Shown here: piece by piece, positions 47,259 through 60,051 of the stretch
Layout of the letters: every line of letters begins with the position of its first letter
Numbering within the stretch: position 1 is the stretch's first letter
Assembly: GCF_001194135.2 (NCBI RefSeq)
Contig: NC_068989.1
Span: forward strand, 1,972,458-2,036,457
Direction: 5' to 3'
DNA length: 64,000 bases
Origin: Octopus bimaculoides
Taxonomy: Eukaryota
Notes under the pieces: model-generated
Told to the model about the DNA's origin: nothing
The model's database searches: none
What the model saw: the letters and a program-made list of their open reading frames with translations, nothing else
Program-made: the position numbers and the translations under genes

Positions 47259-49214
47259 ATTAGAAAAGTTGAGAGTATCGTCTGTTCTGTCTGCTGTTAT
47301 GCTACTTAAAAATATCCCTTCCTCCATATCTACGTCTACATTTACTACACCGAATTTAACGAGCAAACAAATAATTATCTTATTTTAAATTGTTCATTTA
47401 CAGCACAAGTATTTACTAATTAAACTTTTAATACTCACAAAGATAAATATTTCAACACTTATTTAATTGTTACTTTTTTGTATGAAATAGTATCTCTGAT
47501 CTATAATCCTTGCAGTGGAACTGAACCCGAGACTACGTGATCGCAAAGCAAGCTTCTTAACCACACAGTCAAGCCTGTAATAGAAGAGGCGCAAGAAACC
47601 CTATTCCATTTAAGCAAGCTGAAGACATGCTTCGATCTCGTAATGAAAGTATTGTTGTTCTTTGCTGCGTTCGTTCGAAGAATATATGACAAGAAACACG
47701 AATTTTAAGCGCAATTATTTATTGCTATTTACTGACTGTCGGCGTCGTTTCGCTTGGCAACATGACAACGTATATATTTGTGCATTAGTGTAATAGAACA
47801 ATTGTAAATACGAGGTGAATATAATATGTATGCATGCATAAGCATATGTATATGTAGTACCTACACACACAAACGCACAGGCGTATATAGGCGTTATACA
47901 TACATCTTCACATATGTTCCGTATGCTTGCTTCAAAAACTGTGTCTTAAAAAAAGACCAACTTAAAAACCGTCGGAGACTGACTAAATACCAGGAGTGAG
48001 ATTGTTTCTTCATGTCCGCAAGTTACAAAACATATCTTAGCGGGAATTAAGGCTAAACCTCTAAACACATCACAACGCATTCCGGTTTTGGTTGAGTAAT
48101 TTTTTGATATTCGTAAAACTACTTATATTACCCGCGCAGTTGATTATCACCCTTTGGTTTCCCTCTGTCTTTTTCTAAATGCGCATGCTCATTAAAACCT
48201 CGATTACATCGAACGCAGTTACAAAACCGTCTTGTTTTTATTTTGATCAGGAAACCCTTGGTACCTGTATTTCACAAGGCGTGTGTGTTTCTTATTTATA
48301 TCATTACTCTCTTAGTTGTTGAACTTCACTCCGCACATACACACACACACACACATTTAGAAAGTTACCCGATTATTGCACGAGATAAGACATAAATAAG
48401 AATCCATTAAGAAAATGTAAGATATAAATAACCCCAAGAAAAAAAAAGAAATATAGTTCTAAGAATTTCCAGTGTAAAACATCCTGAAAACAATACATTT
48501 ACATTACTTACCGTGTCTCTTCGATTTATCCTTCCAAATTGGTCACTACAGACGCATGATGTACGAAAGTAAGAATCGACAACTGCTAAGCGGAAATTTT
48601 AACGCCGAAAGGGATGTGGACAGACTACATTTCCAATGCAGGAAGGAAGTAGAGATCTTAAGTCTGTATTAACAACCTGTGAAGTCTGGCTAATAACACA
48701 GCAGCAACATCTGCATCACAGAAAAGTGTTTAGCAATTATCGCGGTGAGGTTAACGATTGTGAAAGTAGTAACACCACCAGAAGAGAGAATATACTACAG
48801 TGGAAGAAAAGTGTTCGCTTGAAATACTACCTGTCTTAAAGTAACATAGAAATATCGTAAATGACACAACGGAAACGAAACGAGCCAGCAAGAGGCTTGT
48901 TTAGTGTATGTTATGAGCCTAGCTAATAGGAACAACAGTTTAAGCAATCTTAAATCGTACTCAACAGTTTTAGAGAAGGGGATCTTAGATAATGATGTTT
49001 AAGGTTTTCTGCGTCTCAGAAAAGCAAGATGTTCACGACTGGAATGGATTTAGTCATTGTGTCAACTCAACCGAGTAAAGGCGGTGCCCCAGCATGGTCG
49101 CAATCAGGTAACTGAAACGAGTAAAAGAATAAAAGAAGAATATATTATATATGGTCATCACTCAGGTACTGCCCAAGCCACCCTTCCTCCCACCATCCAC
49201 CTCTCCTACTATCA

Positions 49215-49275
49215 TAAGCACAAACACACACACAAACACACACACAAACACACACACACACACATGCACAAACAC

Positions 49276-49313
<38 letters not shown>

Positions 49314-49506
49314 NNNNNNNNNNNNNNNNNNNNNNNNNNNNNNNNNNNNNNNNNNNNNNNNNNNNNNNNNNNNNNNNNNNNNNNNNNNNNNNNNNNNNNN
49401 NNNNNNNNNNNNNNNNNNNNNNNNNNNNNNNNNNNNNNNNNNNNNNNNNNNNNNNNNNNNNNNNNNNNNNNNNNNNNNNNNNNNNNNNNNNNNNNNNNNN
49501 NNNNNN

Positions 49507-49568
<62 letters not shown>

Positions 49569-50090
49569 TACTCACTGATCCTATTAAATTCCGAAAGAGA
49601 GTCCCTCCGGTATTATCACTTTCGAGTGCTTTTATGATGATGAAGATGATGATGATGATGATGACGACGACGACAACAGGGACAGTAACAACAACAACAA
49701 CAACACCTATGACAGTAAATAGAAAAAGACAATTTGCTGGTTGACTTTACTAATCAAATTTAATTACTAATCAAATTTAATTGTTTCCCTTTCTTTCATC
49801 TTCGTATTTTCTACATATTAATATTTTATTTATATTTTTCTTTTCTTTTCTTTTTTTTATCGTTTAAACAATTTACAATTCTTTGGCGTTTCCGCCCCCA
49901 CGGAAATATTTGTAATTCAGTCAAAAGTTACACTAAAAGTACGAAAACATTATAAACAACAACAACAGCAACAACATAATAATAATTATAATAATAATAA
50001 TAATTCTCTTCACTACTACTACTACTACTACTTCTACTGATAATAATGATACCACCACCACCACCACCAACAACAACAACAACGAATGAA
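49215..50090. repeat. Cluster of (CA)n, (TA)n, (GAT/GAC/AAC)n and (AAT/ACT/ACC/AAC)n tracts
   Basis: Directly visible. Confidence 0.8.
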
Positions 50091-50509
50091 AAAATTCTCT
50101 AAGTAGCGGTGGGATTGATTTTGTAATGAACAGTTATTTTGTGATATATATTTTTTTGCAGTTTATATTAAGTTAACGAAACGGAAATGAGAGGCAATAT
50201 AATCACAGTTATGTCATTAACAATAACAACAACATCAACTGTGAAAAGCACACCAAAAAAAAAACAAAACGCAAACAAAAGAGAAAGCAAACAAAAACCA
50301 ACAACAATAAAATCGCTTAATGAGATCACGTTTAAACCTTACGGTGTTGAAGGTCGATCGTTTTGTAGAAATCAGTTTCGGTTGATTTCGGTGAAACCGG
50401 ATTCTGATTTCTGGTTCCATCAACCGTTGTGAAGCCAATAGCCATTCTGTGCAGCTCTCTCTATGCCTGTTGACGACGGCGTGGTGAGCTTGTATAATTT
50501 ATTCTTTTA

Positions 50510-50868
<359 letters not shown>

Positions 50869-52184
50869 CTAAAATTATATATTTAACCGAAATTGCTCAA
50901 GGCACCAATAAATGTTTCGTACGTCCAATAATCATCAGCAGAACGGAAAATTGAACGCACATACCCGTTATTTACAGTAGGAACGCAGTAAATTTTATAG
51001 GAAAAGTCGTCATAAGATGTTTTTCTGTGGATAACCGGAACAAAATAAGCTAGAAAAATAGACAAGCAAGTAAATTGTGCTTAACGATTTTCCTCAAGGT
51101 TAAATAACTAATAATAGTTATAGTTTTAAAACGGTCAACGTCTTATTGAAAGGTCTGTTACAATACAAACGTACATAAACACACATGCAGATTAAATTTA
51201 TACAAAATATATTTATAAGAATAAAATAAACAAAGCGAGTTGTATAAATAAAGAGATATATTAAAAAAAAAAAAAAGAAAATATATTTTTAAAAGCAAAC
51301 ATTGTGTTAAAGAAAACAGCCGATAGCTAGCAAAAGTTGCTTCCATATTATTTAAAATGCTACTTTTAAGATTCTACTGTTGATCAACACGACATGTTTG
51401 TTTGCTTCCCAGGACTAAACAGATAAATAAATATGGCGTATTTATTATAGATCACAAGATTTTCTGCCGAAGGAGTCTTTATTTTCATGAGACAGTCGGG
51501 AGTCAATGTGTGTGTGTGTGTGAATTCTTTTATTCGTTTATTCTTTTACTTGTTTCAGATAGTTGACTGCGCTCATGCTGGAGCACTTTTATGAAGGGTT
51601 TTAGTCGAACAAATTCGACATCAAAAATTATTCTTTGTTAGCTTAGTACTTATTCTATCGGTGTCTTTTGCCGAACCGCTAAGTTACGGGGACGTAAACA
51701 CACCAACATCGGTTGTCAAGCGGTGATAGGTAGACAAATGCAGACACAAAGACACACATACAAAAATAAGGCTTTTGGTCGGCCCGAGACTATAGTAGAA
51801 GACGCTTGCCCAAGATGTCACGCAAAGAAATCTTCTTCATGTTGATTTGAGCTGTGTGTGTTGGGCATTGGTGACTGTAATAGAAAGATTAAATAACTTA
51901 AGGGTTCGCGGTAGGAAGCAACGTATTAAGATATCATTATAAGTTGTTGGTCAACAGTTCTGCAACTATTCAGCTTCCAAGTACAAAGATTATAAAGTTG
52001 AACATATTAATCAAAAGACTCTCACAATCTGTCAACTTTACATTAGAGGCGCGTAGGAAAAGAAATTTCAGATTTGCCTTCCGTAAGATATCAGGACAGG
52101 CATGCAGGCCTACACTTTGGTGGCATCTCTCACGAACAAAACGTTGACCAGAAGAGATCGTGATCAAGAATTGCTTAAAGTAGA

Positions 52185-52500
52185 AAAAAAAAGGAGAAGA
52201 AGGAGAGAGAGAGAGAGAGAGAGAGGGGGAGAGAGGGAGAGGGAGAGAGAGAGAGATAGAGAGAGAGAAAGGAGAAAGAAAGGAAGAAAAGAGAAGATAC
52301 GAGAAAGCGAGGAATGAAAGGGAAAAGATAAGAGAAGGACCAAGATAAGGAAAATGACGAAGAAGAGATAGAGGTGAATGGAAAGAATAATCAATGCGAT
52401 ATTGTAAAGAAAGTGTGAAAGACTACAACAACAACAACGACAACAACAACAACAACAACAACAACAACATCATCATCATCATCAACAACAACAACAATCC
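52185..52500. repeat. (GA)-rich tract and compound (AAC/ATC)n
   Basis: Directly visible. Confidence 0.8.
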
Positions 52501-52572
52501 ATCTCATAAAATTCGCCTTGATCTTAGTTAAAAACGATAGAGGTGACGATAGTGGCGCTGCTGTTAGTCTTG

Positions 52573-53400
52573 CACGAGGGGGTACCCAAAAGAAACCGGA
52601 ATTTTGCAATATTATTTTATTCACTTAGTTTTATATATTTACTCTTTTATCGTCTTCAAAGTATTCTCCATTTTGAAGCAATGCATCAGTCCAGACACGT
52701 TTTCCACTATTCGAAGCAGTCCTGGAACTCTTGCGAAGTGATGCCTTTTGATGCCTCCATCGTTTTTTTACTCCATCTCTTCCTCGTCTGCAAATTCCAT
52801 AGCAACCAGCTTTCGTCACCAGCGATGACCTTCCAAAGAAGGTCTGGAACAAATTCCAGCTGCTCTGTCGGTTCACGACACGGATTCAGTCTTGGCTGCG
52901 TTTGATCCTCCGTGAACAAGCGATTCACACATTTTGCTGCAACTCTTTTCATTCGCAATTCCTCGCCCGAAATTCGTTGACAGGAGTTCCAGGACACATC
53001 AGTCACATGAACAAGTTCGTCAATTGTTTGGTGATGGTCCTCCAAGATCAGTCTATGAGTTTTCATTCGTTCGGGCGGTCGATGGTCGTCCTGAACGAGA
53101 CTGGTCTTCAAGCGACATGTGACCATTCCTAAAGCATGAAAACCTCTCGTAAACTTATGTTTTGCACATGACAGCATCCTTGTAAGCTGTTTGAAGCATG
53201 ACAACTGCTTCGGCTGCCGTTTTCCCCAGCAGAAAACAGAATTTCACGAAACACGCTGTTCCCTCGTTTCAGCCATCGCAAAAATAGACGAACAGGGGAG
53301 AAGCACTGCAATGCAAAGACGCACCACGTGGCAGTACGACATCTGCTGACGAGGCTGGTCGGCAGACTGATGCCTGAGGGCCGCATCAAGTGAGTAAAAA
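52573..53400 (-). mobile_element. Internally deleted mariner (Tc1/mariner DD34D) remnant
   Basis: ATG at 53276 MAETREQRVSVKFCFLLGKTAAE..., ELRMKRVAAK, VIAGDESW (first catalytic D), then a jump to the C-terminal NGEYFEDD; mariner-like TIR CACGAGGGGGTACCCAAAAGAAACCGG at 52573; the opposite TIR was not found. Confidence 0.85.
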
Positions 53401-53559
53401 TTGATATGAACATGATCTAGAGGCTGTCATTCGTGAGTGATTCATAATATCTGATGGAATTTCTCCGAAGAGAACGATGATAGTATTATTGAAGTAAGGG
53501 GATTAGATATCATGGCGGAGGACAGAAAGAACAACGACTTTGTTGTCCTTTATTATTGG

Positions 53560-53866
53560 AAAGAAGATATCAAAGAATCTGAGATAAACCGAAAAATGTC
53601 AGGATCTAAGAGAGAGAGAGAAATGAAAAGATTGTCGTAGAAGGCACTGGCAGAAATTGTTCCCGTGTTGATTGATATACTCAGCAAGTCGCTCGAACTG
53701 CAACCGAAGAAGCTGAAGAATATTGGAATTGAGACTCGTATTGTCGACTTGCAGAAAAGTGTCACGTGTTTTCCAAGAATTGCATGACAAATTCCTGAAA
53801 TTAGAGGAGACTTTTTGTTACCAAATCTCAGGATAACACCTCTGCTGAGTATAACACAGTTTTCGT

Positions 53867-53905
<39 letters not shown>

Positions 53906-53935
53906 GTGATGATGATGGTGATGGTGATGATGATA
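53560..53935 (+). mobile_element. Degenerate RLE-type LINE 3' end with a (GAT)n tail
   Basis: Frame-broken KCQDLR...KRL...EIVPVLI...KLKNIGIETRIVDLQKSV, resembling the R4-type C-terminus; (GAT)n at 53867-53935. Confidence 0.5.
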
Positions 53936-54009
53936 GTATTAATAATATCAATAATCTCTTATTTATGGGTAATTTAAAGTTTACAGCAACATAAAGAACT
54001 TCTTCGTAG

Positions 54010-54300
54010 AAACTGTTATTAGTTCGTTCGTCGTTGTCGACGATGACCAAAGACATCAAATGGAAGAAGAAGACGGGGCAGGGCATGTCCAGCTGTGACC
54101 AATTAGTTCGATGCACGCTTGGAAGGATCTGGCACTGGTGGTCTGTTGGGACTAAAGGCGAGCAGTTGGCTCTGGATTTGCGCAGTTCGCATTTTCTATG
54201 GGCCCCTGCAATCCTGTTCTGTCTGTAGGAGGTGGAACCTCAGTTGGTGCAGCTTTGCCGAGCAAGGTGGTCTTGTGCTTGCGTTTCTGCACAAATAGGA
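54010..54300 (-). mobile_element. Degenerate RTE/BovB-type LINE 3' end
   Basis: QKRKHK...TSARSFQACIELIGHSWT...LVIVDNDER, resembling the C.RSF.ARIGL.SH.RTH terminus of RTE-BovB ORFs. Confidence 0.45.
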
Positions 54301-56059
54301 TATTTTATAATGTTAATAATGATTTAATAATGTTCGGATATTTAATAATGACATCGCAGTGACTTTTAGAATCGAAAAATATGCAGTGATAGACATAAAG
54401 CGGGGGGAAAACCCCATAAAAAGCCCTGGAATAGCTCAACATAATGATGATCAACTTTAAATCATTAAACGTAGAAGACAAATATAAATATTTGACAGGA
54501 AATTCAACAAAATCAAAAGTGTAGAAACGATGGGATTTCTCAGTAAAGAATACTTTCGCCAAATGGAGAAGATTCTAAAATCTAAACATAATTCAAGCAT
54601 TCAACGTGAGGACAATATCATTGATTAAAGTATGAAGCAGGAATTATTGAGTGACGGATGGATGAGGGGGAAGATAAATGGCAGTCTCTTGGTTACGACA
54701 ATGAGGGTTCCACTTGATCCACTCAACGGAACAGTTTTCTTGTGAAATTAACGTATAAGTGACTGAGCGCTCCACAGACACGTGTACCCTTAACGTAGTT
54801 CTCAGGGAGATTCAGCGTGACACAGATTGTGGCAAATATGGTCTTTTGAATTAGAGGTACAACTTATTTTTGTCAGCTGAATGGATTGGAATAATGTGAA
54901 ATCAAGTGTCTTGCTCAAGGACACAACTCGACTCCAGGAATTGAACTTACAACGTTACGATCGTGAGCCTTAACTGTTAAGCCACGTGCTTTCACTTATT
55001 TAACACTAGCTTAAAAGCCTTAATCCGCGCGGACTTTTAAGTTAGATCCTATGGAGGGTTCATTGGGCCTTCGGCTCAAAACTGAAGAGACCTAATTAGC
55101 ATGATTATAATACATCTATAATGACTATAATCCCCGGTGGTGTTTGATCAGAGGTGAAGAACGGATGAGAATTAATTCCGTAATGCAATCATTCTATTGT
55201 TCCAGTCCCAAGTTGAATTCCAACTGTTGGCCAATTTGTTCCAAAGTTCTTATCTCGACATGAAATTAACAAAGCGATTTGTAAATTTATCTCCCCCTTC
55301 ACCTCTGACGTCATCTGACAAACGCCATCGAAGATGGCATGAATCAGCCAAGCTTTACTTGCTAGAAATAGCAACCCAAATGCTTTTACATGAGATCTCA
55401 ATGCTGGATGTTCAGGAGCCAAATGAAGGGCAGATTTTCAATCCTGGGATCATCCTGATTCCAAAAAGGTATAATATATCCAAGTAGAACAAATGTAGAT
55501 TGAGATACAGGGGACCCACACGGACAGACAGAATTTCGCTTTTATAGCGAACTGAACCATATATTTTATCCCCGTTCGCTAGTTATATTCTCATCTCTAA
55601 GTCTGGCTCAGGGCCATCAGTTTTGTGTGGAGGGGAGATCGTTTAGCTCGACCACGATGCTCCATTTGTATTTAGTTTATCAACCCCGAAAGGCATTAAA
55701 GGCGAAGTCTACGGAAGAAATGCCGTTAAGCATTTTGTCCGGCACGGTAACGATTCTGCCAGCTCGCCGTCTTCCCCTGGCTATAAAATGAATCTGAAAT
55801 GCAGATTGCAACCAAAGCAATCCTTCACTCAAAATCTATTTAAGCCAGATGGGGGCACGCAAGAGAGAAATAAATGATTACAATTGTGTGACATGGTGCC
55901 ATTAAATAGTAAATTAATTAATTTCAAGTTTATGGTCACTAGATTGGAAACTTGGGAACGCTATAACAAGGAAAATGGTGGCTTCCATACAATTAATCTC
56001 CAAGAATGGTTTCCAGAAAAAAAGACATGGCCGTTGAAGACCATCAGAAATTAAAAATA

Positions 56060-56228
56060 ATATGTATGTACGTAAGTACGTACGTACGAACGTACCTACC
56101 TACCTACCTACGTATGTATATATGTATCTATGTATATATACATGCATTTTTGTGTGTTTGTGTATACTTACATTCTTACATACATAATATGCATACACAC
56201 ACACACACACACATATATATATATCTAT

Positions 56229-56264
<36 letters not shown>

Positions 56265-56752
56265 NNNNNNNNNNNNNNNNNNNNNNNNNNNNNNNNNNNN
56301 NNNNNNNNNNNNNNNNNNNNNNNNNNNNNNNNNNNNNNNNNNNNNNNNNNNNNNNNNNNNNNNNNNNNNNNNNNNNNNNNNNNNNNNNNNNNNNNNNNNN
56401 NNNNNNNNNNNNNNNNNNNNNNNNNNNNNNNNNNNNNNNNNNNNNNNNNNNNNNNNNNNNNNNNNNNNNNNNNNNNNNNNNNNNNNNNNNNNNNNNNNNN
56501 NNNNNNNNNNNNNNNNNNNNNNNNNNNNNNNNNNNNNNNNNNNNNNNNNNNNNNNNNNNNNNNNNNNNNNNNNNNNNNNNNNNNNNNNNNNNNNNNNNNN
56601 NNNNNNNNNNNNNNNNNNNNNNNNNNNNNNNNNNNNNNNNNNNNNNNNNNNNNNNNNNNNNNNNNNNNNNNNNNNNNNNNNNNNNNNNNNNNNNNNNNNN
56701 NNNNNNNNNNNNNNNNNNNNNNNNNNNNNNNNNNNNNNNNNNNNNNNNNNNN

Positions 56753-56796
<44 letters not shown>

Positions 56797-57118
56797 CACA
56801 CACACACATATCAAGTATTAAAGTGATCCAAATTCTTTGAGTTCTGTTAAGCAATTGGGAAGAGATTGTCGACCAAATGAACTACACAATATTGCGTACA
56901 TACAACCATGTATACATATTATACTTTTACAAGTAGAGTGGGACAGTGATTTCGAAGTTTCGGCCTGCTCAGTATTCAATGGACTTCAAAGTCACTGTCA
57001 CCAATCCTTCAGTTGAATGTAAAATTTTACTTATAACTCGACATAAAAGACATTTTTATATACGTGTGTGTGTGTGTCTATACATATGCATATACGTATA
57101 TATATGCTTATATATATG

Positions 57119-57153
<35 letters not shown>

Positions 57154-57285
57154 ATATATACGTATATACATGTATATGTATATGTGTGTATATATATGTA
57201 TAAATATGTGTATATGTATATATATGTAAATCTATCTATATATATATGTATATGTATACACACACGCACATATATCTTTTAATGT
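56060..57285. repeat. Degenerate (TA)/(CA)/(TG) microsatellite field including the gap 56265-56752
   Basis: Directly visible. Confidence 0.8.
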
Positions 57286-57449
57286 ACACAGTATAAAGAT
57301 TAGAGCTACAAATACTTTCTTGCTGTGAAGACACGTGCCTTTACAGCAAGAAACTATTAGTAGCTCTTACCTTTATACTGTGTGCATTAAGTTATATTTA
57401 TTTCCCATTGGATGGAGTGCTTTTTTGTTGATCTTACCTAAAAGGAACG

Positions 57450-57495
<46 letters not shown>

Positions 57496-58371
57496 CACAC
57501 ATACACAGTCACACATGCTTACACATATGCAACACATCTTTACTTGGTATGCTTATTGTTAAATACAATGCGTACAGAGAATTGAAGATTAGTGGGGGAA
57601 CAGATCGTATTGATATATTTAATTCGAAATGATACCACGTGGAAGGCGAGTGAAAGTGAGGTGTAGAATCGTCTGCATCAGTAATGGCGGTGATGGACTG
57701 TGGTGTTTCAGTGGATATTCGTGCAAGTGGCGACACATTGTATGCTGTATTAATCAACATGAATAAAAAACAGAAAACAGAAAACAGAAAAACAAGGAAA
57801 AGTGAATAATACAGGAAAACAAATCATATACTAAGAAACGTGTTCTTTTTCCCCCCGAGAAATTTTCCGAAGTGGTCAAAGTTAATAACAAATTTAATCA
57901 ATAGAAAAGTTTCCGATGTCAGAAGATTAAAAAAAAAAAACGAATTGAGGAAACAAACAAACAGACCAACAAATAAACAAACCACCGAAAATGCTAGAAG
58001 GAACCAGTTTTAATGTGATTAACAAATGTTTCTAATCGACGTCGTTTTATACTCTACTTATTAATGTCGAATTCCATCAGTTTTTCACGCTAACATCTTT
58101 TAGGAAATACGATTCTAAATAATTTCATGTTTACTCCTGGTAGATTTGTTTTTTTTTTAAAGATATATCTCCATCAAATACTTGACGAGGTGTGTTTTGT
58201 TACCGATTGGAAAATGTCATTAATTTTTGAAGTTTCAAACTTTTCTACATCAATCAATGCTTTTTTCTTCTTCTTCTTCTCTCTTTTCTCCATTCAATGT
58301 TTCATGTGAATTACTGCGTCTTCCATATCTGAAACTATTTTCTATTTCGTTTATCGGTGTATCTGTTATTG

Positions 58372-58742
58372 GTTTCAGTCATTAGACTGCGGCCATGCTG
58401 GGGCATCACCTTGAAGAATTTTTAGTCGGATGAATGGGCTCTACTACTTATTTTATTTAAAAAATATTCTTTCGGTTTATTTTTGCTGAACCGTTAATGT
58501 ATGGGATCGTAAACGCACCAACACCGGTTGCCAAGCAGTGGTGCAGGACAAACACAGACAGACAGACACATACACACACACACATGTATACGACGGGCTT
58601 CTTTCAGTTTCCGTCTACCAAATCCACTTATAAGGCTTTGGTCGGCACGAGGCTACAGTAGAAGACACTTGCCCAAAGTGCCACACAGCGAGACTGAACC
58701 TGGAACCATATGGTTGGGAAGCAAGCTTCTTACCACACAGTC
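58372..58742 (-). mobile_element. tRNA-headed SINE family B with an internal (CA)n/(TA)n tract, near full length
   Basis: Head (reverse complement) GACTGTGTGGTAAGAAGCTTGCTTCCCAACC...GGTTCAGTC, ending GGAAACTGAAAGAAGCCCGTCG, then microsatellite, then tail ending CCAGCATGGCCGCAGTC. Confidence 0.75.
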
Positions 58743-59159
58743 ACACTTCCGCAGAAATGCATTCGATTCTTCGTCGGGTTCGATGATGAGTAGATGTTTG
58801 ATCAACTGAATTAACTCATTACTCGTTGAAATAATGGTTGAGTATTCCATAGACTTGTGCATCCTTAACGTAATCATGTGAAGAAAAAAATCAGCGGGAC
58901 GCGGTATATAACAAAGCTGTACCTTTTAAATTACAGAGATTCCGTACAGTTTTCATCTATCCAGTTTCATTCAGAAGGCTTGAATCGATCTGAAGTTACA
59001 GCAAAAGACACTTGTCTGATAACTACGCTGTGGGATCGAACCAAGGGTCCTGAAATTGCGAAGCAAAATTCCTAACCATTCGACCATGTTTCGTCAGTTT
59101 TTATAGTTACTCTTGCACGAGTACATTCACAGGCGCGCATATGCATACACATACACATA

Positions 59160-59190
<31 letters not shown>

Positions 59191-59269
59191 ATGTATGTGT
59201 GTGTGTGTAACTGTGTGCGTGTGTGTGTATGTTTCTGCATGTGTGTGTGTGTGATTTTTTGATGACTTT

Positions 59270-59470
59270 TGAAAGAGGAGCAGCAGAGACGAAGGGCGCA
59301 GCTGCGCGGATGACTGAACAATCATGGCGTCTATCTTACAGCGAATCTGTGCCCACACGAGTCGGGCAGCCACGGAAGTGGTGCAGACGCCTGCGATACC
59401 TCGGCCATCCCCGAATTACAAAATACTTGATTCCCACCACAGGAAAGGGTTCTGCACGATGAGACTTCAT
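59270..59470 (+). mobile_element. Probable degenerate RTE-like ORF fragment (GC-rich island)
   Basis: Across frames: SW...VGQP / ATEVVQ / RRLRYLGH, resembling the RTE RRLRWLGH motif. Confidence 0.4.
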
Positions 59471-59973
59471 ATCCACAATAGGGAGCATATTTTCTTGTGC
59501 ATCTACCCTCGATTAACACTGATTCATTCATCACTGATCCGGTATAACACGGCACAATCAATTGTGAACTGTGTGATACTTATCATGAATTGATCTGGTC
59601 AGTCAAAGGTTCTGCTTGAACTGCAAAATCGCTCCCCAGCAACCATTTACAATGCTCAGAACAACTGGAGTTCTTGGAACGAAACCTTTCCCCCCATGTG
59701 TTCTATTATTCATTTATATTTATTATATTCATTATATTCATTATATCTCATTATATGAGATCCATATAAACTGATTCTTTTAATGTGGTGTTCTGTTTGG
59801 AACCAAACAGCCGTGATAAACAAGGATTGATGCATTGTAATTTTCGGTGTGAAGGATGCAAATCCAATAGGACGTTGACCCAGGATAGCCTGCATCTCTT
59901 CCCAGCTGTAGAACGCTGCTGGACATTTAGTCTGTCGGAAATTTCTTTACAACTAATTGCCATAGCGTCTCTT

Positions 59974-60051
<78 letters not shown>

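Noticed and set aside
48624-48640. ACTACATTTCCAATGCA resembling the ZNF143/SBS motif
   Set aside because: Spacing does not fit ACTACAnnTCCCAnnATGC
50368-50412. Hairpin AGAAATCAG...CTGATTTCT
   Set aside because: Too short and interrupted for a pre-miRNA; no other support
50964-51048. Exon-like segment on the minus strand (ttttctag ... GG|gtatgt)
   Set aside because: No recognisable protein and no partner exons; such signals are common by chance in AT-rich DNA
59324-59593. ORF MASILQRIC... with a good Kozak context
   Set aside because: No recognisable protein or splice partners; an RRLRYLGH motif in another frame points to a decayed RTE-like fragment
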